NCBI GenBank assembly: GCA_050173015.1
Contig: JBFXLE010000046.1
Coordinates: 1 to 13,988, forward strand
DNA length: 13,988 nt
Source of the DNA: Calditrichaceae bacterium
GTDB taxonomy: Bacteria; Calditrichota; Calditrichia; Calditrichales; JBFXGD01
Direction of reading: 5' to 3'
Shown: positions 1 to 7,739 of the stretch, in pieces
Position numbering within the stretch: the stretch's first letter is position 1
Layout of the letters: each line of letters begins with the position of its first letter
Made by a program: the position numbers and the translations under genes
The notes under the pieces: model-generated
What the model was told of the DNA's origin: nothing
Database searches by the model: none
The model's input: the letters and a program-made list of their open reading frames with translations, nothing else

Positions 1-35
1 GCGCTATAACGCAGACATACATCTTGTCCTTCCAT
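1..35 (-). CDS. Possible 5' end of a gene running off the left edge (MEGQDVCLRYS...)
   Basis: Minus-strand ATG at 35, preceded by purine-rich AAGAAAGGGA (SD-like); frame open to the window edge. Only 11 codons are visible, so no product call. Confidence 0.4.
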   Translation of the reverse strand, partial: MEGQDVCLRYS

Positions 36-285
36 AAAGATCCCTTTCTTTGTTTAGAGTAGCACCCTTTGGGCAAGGGTAATAAATTAACACTTTTTTG
101 TCAATTTATTCAGGACAAGTCACTTTTCTTCTTCTCCCTACTTTTTGAATGGCCAAAAAGTAGCAAAAAGCCCTGGCGAATTTTAACTCGTGTTAACTAT
201 TTCTATTTTTCTCATTTATGCACTCGAACAGAAAATTCGCCCCGAAGAATCTCCCAGGTTAATTTGGAATTCTTAATCATGTAAT

Positions 286-328
286 TGTCTGAACTATGAT
301 TCGTGTGATTAAATGATGGGCTATGATT
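286..328. repeat. Solo arm of a TGATT-periodic inverted-repeat element
   Basis: TGTCTGAACTATGATTCGTGTGATTAAATGATGGGCTATGATT closely matches the reverse complement of 6432-6473 (TGTCTGAACTCTGATTAGAATGATTAAATGATGACCATGATT). Confidence 0.7.
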
Positions 329-441
329 GGGATTTTTAAGCATGAAACAATATTATCCACCAAGGCGGACAGGTCACCGTTCAGACCGTTCTTACTCTTT
401 TTTCTTTTATCTTTTATCTTTTTTCTTAGACTTCTCACTCA

Positions 442-505
442 GGGCACGAGTATCGTGCCCCTACTCTTAACTCCTAACGTTCTAACTTATTTTTCTTTTC
501 CTTCC
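442..505 (-). repeat. REP-like hairpin with GTAG tail, followed by pyrimidine-rich 7-mer repeats
   Basis: Perfect stem GGGCACGA-gta-TCGTGCCC (442-460) plus CTAC (461-464; GTAG on the minus strand), then TCTTAACTCCTAAC... Same layout as the modules at 6005-6958 and 13781. Confidence 0.7.
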
Positions 506-630
506 TCAAACACAACACGATGCGTCTCCACCTTTTCTATTTTTTTCCCAAACATTTCCATGTATTTTTCGTTTATAACTCTAAAATTTAATCAATTCAG
601 AAAGAATATCTCCTTGTTTAGGGAGGTGTT

Positions 631-1725
631 ATGAAATCAAAAATACTATATTTATATTCGGCAGTTTTGCTTCTCGCTGTTTTACCCCTGCAGGCCCAGG
701 ATCAATCCGGCGGTGAAGCGCGTACAGTCAATCGCAATATCACTTATCTGCCGATTCTCTTTTATACGCCTGAAACGAAAATTGCCGGCGGTGGGCTGGT
801 CAACTACAATTTTTACGCATCCCACGACAATGGCACTGCGTTCCCGTCAACGATTATGCCCACGGTTATTTACACACAAAACCGTCAATTAATCAGTGAA
901 CTATACGGCGATCTGTATCTGAGCGGTGGCTATCATTTGCAGGGTCGGCTGGGTTACAAAGATTTCCCCGATAAATTTTACGGAACCGGCAGCCGGACCG
1001 ATGACGGGGTGGTGGAAGATTATACCGAGCAGAGTGTTGAAGCGATGATTCTGGCCCAAAAAAGATTGTTTTACAAGATTGATTTTGGGGTTTGGTACAC
1101 ATTCGCCTACCGGAAAATCACCGAAAGCGAACCGGGCGGGCAGCTCGAGCGGATGGAAATTCCGGGCAGCGAATCCGGCTATACCTCGGGCGCGGGTCTC
1201 GTTATTACAAGAGATACCCGTGACAACAAGTTTTTCCCCACCGGCGGCGCGTTTCAGGAACTCGCCTGGGTGTATTACGGAAACGAGACCGGAAGTGATT
1301 ATCTGTTCAGTCAGTACAAGATTGATGTAAAGAAATATTTTTCCCCGGCAGAAAATCAGGCGCTGGCTTTTCGGGCGATGGCCGGTTTCACCGCGGGGAA
1401 TCCCCCGTTTCAGAATATGTCCGCATTCGGCGGGCCAAACATTTTGCGCGGCTATTACGCGGGCCGCTACAGAGACCGGCAGATGACCGTGTATCAGGCG
1501 GAATACCGTTTTCCGTTGTTCGGTCGGCTCGGAGCGGCATTTTTCGCGGATCTTGGTCATATCGCCCACGAACTGCATGATTTCAAATTGAATGATTACA
1601 AATATTCCCTGGGATCGGGTCTCCGCTACAGGATCAATAAAAACGAAAAATTGAATATTCGGTTGGACCTGGGTATGACGAAGGAGGGCAGCGGTTTATA
1701 TATCACCCTTGGCGAAGCGTTTTAG
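631..1725 (+). CDS. Omp85 (BamA/TamA) family outer-membrane beta-barrel protein, barrel only (no room for POTRA domains)
   Basis: Strong SD GGGAGG(TG) before the ATG; signal peptide ending LQA-QD; YTPET motif near the N-terminus; DTRD...FPTGG; loop-6 motif LRGY..GRYRD; C-terminal beta-signal YITLGEAF. Confidence 0.88.
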   Translation: MKSKILYLYSAVLLLAVLPLQAQDQSGGEARTVNRNITYLPILFYTPETKIAGGGLVNYNFYASHDNGTAFPSTIMPTVIYTQNRQLISELYGDLYLSGGYHLQGRLGYKDFPDKFYGTGSRTDDGVVEDYTEQSVEAMILAQKRLFYKIDFGVWYTFAYRKITESEPGGQLERMEIPGSESGYTSGAGLVITRDTRDNKFFPTGGAFQELAWVYYGNETGSDYLFSQYKIDVKKYFSPAENQALAFRAMAGFTAGNPPFQNMSAFGGPNILRGYYAGRYRDRQMTVYQAEYRFPLFGRLGAAFFADLGHIAHELHDFKLNDYKYSLGSGLRYRINKNEKLNIRLDLGMTKEGSGLYITLGEAF

Positions 1726-1750
1726 GGGGAAGCTTTTTAATTTAAAAATA

Positions 1751-3730
1751 TTATAGGATTTCGATGCCAATATCTCTGAGATACTGATATGTCTCATCAT
1801 AGAATTCAGATTTTCTAGTTAAGTCATCTTCAACACCGGCTGGAACAACTATAACCATCCCTTGCCTTGCTCTGGTTAAAAGTACTCTATATGCGTTTTT
1901 TAGATATCTTTTTCGATCATCTTTATTTATTCTGTACCATTTCTTTCCAACAAAGGAGAATGTTTTCCAACCATCTTTTGAATACCGAAAATCTGCATCC
2001 CAAGTGACGCAAACCCAATCAAGTTCTAATCCTTGAATATGAAATTCAGTCGCCACGTCTTCTAGATAATATGACGATCTCACATCATCTTTCTCATTTA
2101 AAAACCAATGAATTGGATTTATCGGTGATTTTACATCAATCGCATAAGGTTTTAGCCTCTGTGCTTGTGAAGAAACCGTTATTCCATATCTTTCGCTACC
2201 CCTTGCTTTTTCTTTTAACCATTTTTTAGCTTTAGTAAGGTCTCTTGTTAAGACCATTGGATACTTCTTTTTAATCATTCTATATACATCCCGAGCTTTT
2301 TCTATTTCTAAATCAAGAAGATATTTTACAAATAAAGAAACATTTTCCGCCCGAAAAGAACGCATCGAAACAGCCAGATGTAAATCTGCATTTTTATTAA
2401 CGTAATTTCTTCCTTCAAGTAGTGTCAAAGCTTTGCCAGCCGCATACTCGCTATCTGTTAATTTATCCGAAATATATATATGCCAATGTGGAAATACATT
2501 TACTAAAGATTCAATCCATTCTCCTATTCCCGCTTCTCCAGTATTAATTTCTTGACCTCCTCCCACCAGGCAGACGATGACAGCCCAATCTTTATGCCTA
2601 TCAAGACAGGAGACTAAAAATTCAGGCTCGGAATGAATAAAATCAGGTACACCCTTCTTTCGCTTCATAAACCCCGATGTTTGTTCTCTGTTCCATGCCC
2701 GCTGTGCTTCATCGAATATAGTGACATGATCAAATGGAGGGGATGACTTTTGAATTAAGCATTCATCTCTAAAATGATGAACGTTTTGAATAAACATCTT
2801 TACTTCTCTAAAAATATCACCTTTTCTCTTTTTATTACCTTTTTCCTTTTCACGCTTCACCCTGTCGCGGGTAAGTGCTTCTCTTAATATTGAAACAAGG
2901 GGACCATTTCCTGATAAGAAGACACTTGTCGATTTTTTCTTTTTATCTAAATATTTAGTAGCGATATCCAAACCAACTAACGTTTTTCCTGCCCCTGGTA
3001 CTCCTGTAACAAAACAAATAGATTTGTAACCATTTGCTTTAGAGGCATCAATGATTTTACCGATCGCATTACTTGTTCTACTTAGATTAATTGCGGATGC
3101 ATCATTTCTAGATATTTCCACGACAGAATGATTATTATAAAGAGCCATTGCAGCCTCTATAATAGTAGGAGTAGGCGAGTACTTACCTGTCGCCCATCTA
3201 TCTAAATCAATTCTCTCACCATCTGCAAAAATAAGTACATTTTCTATCACTTCTTTCAGTGATGTTGGATTTGCCTTTATCGGAAAAATGATGTTATCGT
3301 TATGTGGTGTCGTGGAAATTTCAATTAAACTACTCTGACTCTCGGTAGCAATTAATATTGGTGCAATGAAGTGTTCATGACTGGTTTCGTGAAAATTCTT
3401 CAAGTCAAGACAATAGTCCATTACTTGGTCAATAGCACTTGAGTTAAATACTTTTTCACCTACTTTGAATTCCAATACAAAAATAACATTTTTGATTAAA
3501 ATTACGACATCAATTCTACTTCCCATTCTTGGAATAGAATACTCAAAAAAGACCCGACCATCAAAATTGTTTAAATTTTCTTTTAGGATATTTATTTGCT
3601 GAATCCAGGCATTTTTTTGTGTCAGCTCTAAGGAGAATTCATTGTTTTGAGACAGAATACCTAAAATTTCGTTAGCATTATTTTTTAAAAAACCAGATAG
3701 CGAATTGGAGTAAAAATATCTTTTCATCAT
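1751..3730 (-). CDS. DUF2075 (Schlafen group 3-like) SF1 helicase with N-terminal PD-(D/E)XK-type nuclease domain
   Basis: N-terminal E..RID-(x)-LEFK and QxxxY (QVMDY); Walker A GVPGAGKT; Walker B IFDEAQR; helicase motifs QGLELD and YRVLLTRAR. The ORF is open to 3775, but ATG-ATG at 3730/3727 (MMKRYFYS) seems the more likely start. Confidence 0.88.
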   Translation of the reverse strand: MMKRYFYSNSLSGFLKNNANEILGILSQNNEFSLELTQKNAWIQQINILKENLNNFDGRVFFEYSIPRMGSRIDVVILIKNVIFVLEFKVGEKVFNSSAIDQVMDYCLDLKNFHETSHEHFIAPILIATESQSSLIEISTTPHNDNIIFPIKANPTSLKEVIENVLIFADGERIDLDRWATGKYSPTPTIIEAAMALYNNHSVVEISRNDASAINLSRTSNAIGKIIDASKANGYKSICFVTGVPGAGKTLVGLDIATKYLDKKKKSTSVFLSGNGPLVSILREALTRDRVKREKEKGNKKRKGDIFREVKMFIQNVHHFRDECLIQKSSPPFDHVTIFDEAQRAWNREQTSGFMKRKKGVPDFIHSEPEFLVSCLDRHKDWAVIVCLVGGGQEINTGEAGIGEWIESLVNVFPHWHIYISDKLTDSEYAAGKALTLLEGRNYVNKNADLHLAVSMRSFRAENVSLFVKYLLDLEIEKARDVYRMIKKKYPMVLTRDLTKAKKWLKEKARGSERYGITVSSQAQRLKPYAIDVKSPINPIHWFLNEKDDVRSSYYLEDVATEFHIQGLELDWVCVTWDADFRYSKDGWKTFSFVGKKWYRINKDDRKRYLKNAYRVLLTRARQGMVIVVPAGVEDDLTRKSEFYDETYQYLRDIGIEIL

Positions 3731-4096
3731 CCGTGGCCGATCTTCCTCAGTTATTCCAACCGAATTGTATAACATTTTAGGGCAAATATCATACTTAGAT
3801 TTATGGAGTAAGCATTTGAAAAGCCATTTAAATGTTTAATTTATAGGCAATTTCCTAAATTTTTAGAAGATGTTCCGCAATAAATCACATAGACACTCAT
3901 TCACAATAACGTTATTAATATAGAATATGCATTAAATATTTCCAACAAAATATAAGCCTTATGATTATTAAATTTACTTTAAACTTCTTGGGGATCACAA
4001 AAGATTTTTAGTCTTTTCCATGTTCCAATTGTTCTATCGATGAAATACTGCTTTCCATCTCTGTTGTTTCTGCTTCAATTTGCATAAATAACAATA

Positions 4097-4216
4097 CGGA
4101 AGGGGTGAAACCTTAGTAGCATGATTTGTCCCCTGATCATCTGCGACCCCGTCGGGGTCCTACAATCACCGCGGAACTCTCTCTTCTACAAAGATGTGAC
4201 GCCTATGGCGTCGGGT
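4097..4216. repeat. REPIN/REP-like multi-hairpin element, copy 1
   Basis: Hairpins GACCCC-gtc-GGGGTC and GACGCC-tat-GGCGTC, GTAG/CTAC tetranucleotides, TTCTACAAAGAT; direct repeat of 4283-4404. Confidence 0.75.
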
Positions 4217-4282
4217 TTATATATCCAGTCCATTTAACATTGTTACATCAACCCAGGGTTTTCAATTTATACGTTAAGCCTA

Positions 4283-4404
4283 ATCCCGAAGGGATGAAAT
4301 TTTTGTAGAAAAACAAACCCCACACCATTTCGCGACCCCGACGGGGTCGTACAATTACCGCGGGAATCCAGTTCTACAAAGATACGACACCTACGGCGTC
4401 GGGT
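4283..4404. repeat. REPIN/REP-like multi-hairpin element, copy 2
   Basis: ATCCC-gaa-GGGAT; TTTGTAGAA (4302-4310) inverted with TTCTACAAA (4372-4380); central CGACCCC-gac-GGGGTCG; terminal GACACC-tac-GGCGTC. Confidence 0.78.
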
Positions 4405-4425
4405 GGTTAATTTAAATGGAATTTA

Positions 4426-4682
4426 CTTCCCCGATTAAATTTTGGCGTTCCCCGTAAGTGAGGCAGACTTCCCCGGTGAAACTTTTTCTTCCCCGGGTGG
4501 TGAGGGACCCTCCCCGGTAAGAATATGGGGCTCCCCGGTGAACCGGTACCCCTTCCCGCCGGCTTTGACGCCTTCCCCGGGAGTGAGGTGATGCTTTCTT
4601 CTTGAAAAGTAACGCTTCCCGGGAGAGTGTGACCTTCCCCGGAAGAGAGTGACCTTCCCCGGGGCGGAGGTACCCGCCCCGG
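4426..4682 (-). repeat. 13-unit interspaced short-repeat array, period 20-21 nt, core CCGGGGAAG (plus strand CTTCCCCGG) with 11-12 nt variable spacers
   Basis: Plus-strand cores start at 4426, 4447, 4468, 4488, 4509, 4530, 4551, 4572, 4593 (degenerate), 4614, 4634, 4654 and 4674; spacings are 21,21,20,21,21,21,21,21,21,20,20,20. Confidence 0.85.
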
Positions 4683-4699
4683 AGCGGTCTGGAGCTATA

Positions 4700-5458
4700 T
4701 TATTGTTCATTCAAGCTATCTGTTTCTTGTATATTTTTGTTGTCCGGTTTGGTGTTCTTTTGACGATGATATTTGCTGGTATAGCCTTTTAGTCTTTGCT
4801 GATTTCGCCAGAATACATACTGTCCGCACTCGCGTACCGCGTCCACCGCTTCTTTTAAGTACGTGTAGGCTTTGTCCCGTGTAATTTTGTTAATGTTTCT
4901 ATCCTGACGGTCACCGGTAACAATGGCCAGAAGCTGGGCCATTTCATCGGCAGCGGTCGCCGCCTGTTCCAGCAAACTCATATCAAATTTTATACCGTTT
5001 AAAAGATCGCTGTTTTCTCTGCCCAGGATAGCAATGTCATTCAAATCCTGTATCATATCGGCGTGTCCGTATCCTTCATCAATTTCAGAAACGCGTTTTA
5101 GCAATTCATTGTTATCGCGGAAAGCATAGCGCAAAGCATGCAGCAACCGGTCACGTAAATCATAAATTTCGGGCGCTTTTTCTTCCCACTCTCGTCCCGC
5201 TTCTTCTCGATCATATCGTTCCTTAAACCAAATCGATTCCGCCTGACGCAACGCGCCCGCCCTTACCGATATATCCTGTACCAAATTCCAGTCCAATCCG
5301 GCTCCGGTCAACGCGTCCTTATCAGCCTGACTCCAATGGCGCAGATTTTCCGCTTCCTGTAAAAAGGTACTGATCGGCATGTTTGGCAACTTGATGTCTT
5401 CATCGGGAATCGCTTCGATCTCCGCCTGCTTTGCCGTAAAATCACTTGCATTTGACAT
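4700..5458 (-). CDS. Uncharacterised, predicted all-alpha-helical protein (252 aa)
   Basis: SD GGAGG 9 nt before the ATG; soluble amphipathic-helix composition; no signal peptide or TM segment; basic C-terminal patch (FWRNQQRLKGYTSKYHRQK). No catalytic motif recognised. Confidence 0.85.
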   Translation of the reverse strand: MSNASDFTAKQAEIEAIPDEDIKLPNMPISTFLQEAENLRHWSQADKDALTGAGLDWNLVQDISVRAGALRQAESIWFKERYDREEAGREWEEKAPEIYDLRDRLLHALRYAFRDNNELLKRVSEIDEGYGHADMIQDLNDIAILGRENSDLLNGIKFDMSLLEQAATAADEMAQLLAIVTGDRQDRNINKITRDKAYTYLKEAVDAVRECGQYVFWRNQQRLKGYTSKYHRQKNTKPDNKNIQETDSLNEQ

Positions 5459-5641
5459 AACAATTTCCTCCGTGTTTAATTAATGGTATGATTAGTAAAA
5501 TCCCCCCTTTGTCTGTTCTTTGTCTTTCATGAACTTTGTACGGATTGCCGGGATTCTTATCCGCATAAATGTCCCTTTTAGCATGAAATGTATAGTGTTT
5601 GTCTTTGTCCATAACGGTAAAAAAGTACTTCAATGATGTAT

Positions 5642-5683
5642 AAAAAAAATGCCTGTTTATACCGGATGGGGATTAAACAGGCA
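5642..5683 (-). terminator. Intrinsic terminator-like hairpin ~185 nt upstream of the 252-aa gene
   Basis: Minus strand reads TGCCTGTTTA-(14 nt)-TAAACAGGCA followed by T8. Confidence 0.6.
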
Positions 5684-6004
5684 ACGCGTTTTAGATTTTC
5701 TCGTTTTATATTGCAAAGAAGATGATAAAAAATGTAAATAGCTGCCGGAGCAGTTGATATTTTGGAAACAAGCTGCAAAAAATATAAATCATTGTTTAGG
5801 AAATGGCAAAGCTAAAGAAATAATTTTTGACATTTTAATAGATACTAAATTCCAAATTATGCCCATCATTCAATCACCTTAACCATGTAAAGGTGGATAG
5901 CTCAACGTTTAGACAGTCTTGATTTGCTGTTCTTTTACCCTGATCGAGAAAAACAAAGAATCATCTTCTCTTGCTCCCAACTTCAGGAATGGATTTCTGT
6001 GACC

Positions 6005-6958
6005 CGGCGCCCATATGGGGACGCCCCGACTCTTAACTCTTAACTCTTTTCTCTTAACGCTCTTAAATTCTTACTTCCTACTTCCTACTTCTTACTTTTT
6101 TGTTCTCAGCATTTTCCCAAGCAAGCAGAAGATCCCTGCGGGATGACATGCTGTGTTGATTGTCAGCTACGGGCGCCCATATGGGACGCACCTACTCTTA
6201 ACTCTTAACTCTTTTCTCTTAACGCTCTTAAATTCTTACTTCCTACTTCCTACTTCTTACTTTTTTGTTCTCAGCATTTTCCCAAGCAAGCAGAAGATCC
6301 CTCCGGGATGACACAAGTGTGTTGTCTAACAGGTAAGGTGCCTCTGCTCTTTACTCTTCTCGCTTAACTATTCTTACTTGTCCAAACTATGATTTATCTG
6401 ATGATCTGAATACTCTGATTTCCAATTTCTTAATCATGGTCATCATTTAATCATTCTAATCAGAGTTCAGACAACTTCTTACTTTTCATCTCTTCCCAAG
6501 CAAGCAGAAGATCCCTGCGGGATGACATGCTGTGTTGATTGTCAGCTACGGGCGCCCAAATTGGGACGCACCTACTCTTAACTCTTAACTCTTTTCTCTT
6601 AACTTTTCCTACTTCTTACTTTTTTGTTCTCAGCATTTTCCCAAGCAAGCAGAAGATCCCTCCGGGATGACATGCTGTGTTGATTGTCAGCTACGGGCGC
6701 CCATATGGGACGCACCTACTCTTAACTCTTAACTCTTTTCTCTTAACGCTCTTAAATTCTTACTTCCTACTTCCTACTTCTTACTTTTTTGTTCTCAGCA
6801 TTTTCCCAAGCAAGCAGAAGATCCCTGCGGGATGACATGCTGTGTTGATTGTCAGCAAAGGGCGCCCATATGGGGACGCCCCGACTCTTAACTCTTACAC
6901 TCTTAACTCTTAACGCTCTTAAAATTCTTACTTCCTACTTCCTACTTCTTACTTCCAC
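6005..6958. repeat. Mosaic (BIME-like) tandem repeat with a ~165-bp unit: REP-like hairpin, 7-mer microsatellite, and ATCCC/GGGAT hairpin module
   Basis: TTCCCAAGCAAGCAGAAGATCCCT(G/C)CGGGATGACA at 6114, 6279, 6493, 6638 and 6803; GGCGCCCA..TGGGACGC..C(T/G)AC at ~6005, 6171, 6550, 6695 and 6860; each REP is followed by CTCTTAA/CTTCCTA/CTTCTTA runs. Confidence 0.92.
6379..6473. repeat. Imperfect long inverted repeat with ~42-bp arms, inside the mosaic array
   Basis: Left arm TGTCCAAACTATGATT...CTGATT (6379-6420); right arm AATCATG...AATCAGAGTTCAGACA (6432-6473). Confidence 0.7.
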
Positions 6959-7672
6959 TTACGCCTTATTATACACCGGAATACTCGCTCCGCTGATCTC
7001 CGAGGCGGCGCCGGATGAGAGAAACAGGATGGCGTCGGCGATCGCTTCCGGGGTGGCCCAGTCTTTGAAATTGGCATCGGGCATGGCTTTGCGGTTGGCG
7101 GGGGTATCGATGATGCTGGGAAGGATGGCGTTTGCGGTGATATTATGTGGCCGTCCTTCATCGGCGATGGTTTGTGTTAAATTGATCAGCGCGGCTTTTG
7201 ACGCGGCATAGGCGGCATAATTGGCCGCACCCTGCAGCCCGGCGCGTGAACTGATGTTGATGATCCTTCCGCTTTTTTGTCGGATCATCTCCGGCATGAT
7301 ATTCTTACACGACAGAAAGACCGTCTTCAGGTTTAGATTCATCATTTTATCCCAGTCCGCTTCAACGGTTTCCGTGATCGGAACACCACCGGAAAATCCG
7401 CCGACCAGATTAACCACGACATCAATTCTCCCGAACGCGTTTATCATTGCCTCTACCATCGATTTGACACCCGCGTCGGTCAGAACATCCGCCCTGATGC
7501 CGGTCAGATTGCTTTTATCGCCGTTCATGGTCGCTTCGTACGTTTCCCATTCTTTATCAATGATATAAACCGCGCCGACTTTGGCTCCGGCCTTTAAAAA
7601 TTCACGCGTGACAATACGACCGAGACCGCCGGTTGCTCCGGTGATCAAAACTGCTTTATTCTTTAGGCTCAT
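6959..7672 (-). CDS. Classical short-chain dehydrogenase/reductase (SDR, FabG-like NAD(P)-dependent oxidoreductase)
   Basis: TGATGGLG nucleotide-binding motif, NLVGG (NNAG variant), catalytic Ser in INISS and YAASK (YxxxK); SD AAAGGAG upstream. Confidence 0.93.
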   Translation of the reverse strand: MSLKNKAVLITGATGGLGRIVTREFLKAGAKVGAVYIIDKEWETYEATMNGDKSNLTGIRADVLTDAGVKSMVEAMINAFGRIDVVVNLVGGFSGGVPITETVEADWDKMMNLNLKTVFLSCKNIMPEMIRQKSGRIINISSRAGLQGAANYAAYAASKAALINLTQTIADEGRPHNITANAILPSIIDTPANRKAMPDANFKDWATPEAIADAILFLSSGAASEISGASIPVYNKA

Positions 7673-7739
7673 AACAGACTCCTTTGTGTGATGGAACGAT
7701 CATCCGGGGGATCAAAATTTTTGTCCTGTAAACAGGATA

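Noticed and set aside
69-634. ORFs 69-284 and 323-634
   Set aside because: F/L/S-rich translations of T-rich intergenic, REP and microsatellite DNA, with no recognisable domain.
893-1578. ORFs 893-1102, 901-1578 and 1079-1330
   Set aside because: Antisense or off-frame shadows of the Omp85 gene.
1734-1748. TTTTTAA-T-TTAAAAA palindrome at the Omp85/helicase junction as an att site or terminator
   Set aside because: AT-only and low complexity, with no matching partner site seen at the other end of the islet.
4126-4308. 60-aa ORF
   Set aside because: Runs through the REPIN-like hairpins and is most likely spurious.
4426-4682. CRISPR or TIGR array
   Set aside because: The 9-nt core and 11-12 nt spacers are too short for CRISPR; there is no 36-nt dual-repeat unit; no cas or Nop-domain gene recognised.
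4435-4710. 91-aa G/P-rich ORF across the 20/21-nt array as a real repeat protein
   Set aside because: The core is read in three different frames and no clear SD is visible; a GC-rich core makes an open frame likely by chance. Not fully excluded, since it overlaps the upstream stop.
5442-5778. ORFs 5442-5633 and 5578-5778
   Set aside because: Short, non-ATG starts in AT-rich leader DNA; the second spans the terminator hairpin.
5799-5835. c-di-GMP-I riboswitch suggested by GGCAAA...GAAA
   Set aside because: No paired stem around GAAA and no following GCAAAG motif; wrong strand for the adjacent gene.
6005-6958. CRISPR array (35-nt repeat x5)
   Set aside because: The intervening sequences are 110-180 nt long and near-identical to each other, not unique spacers.
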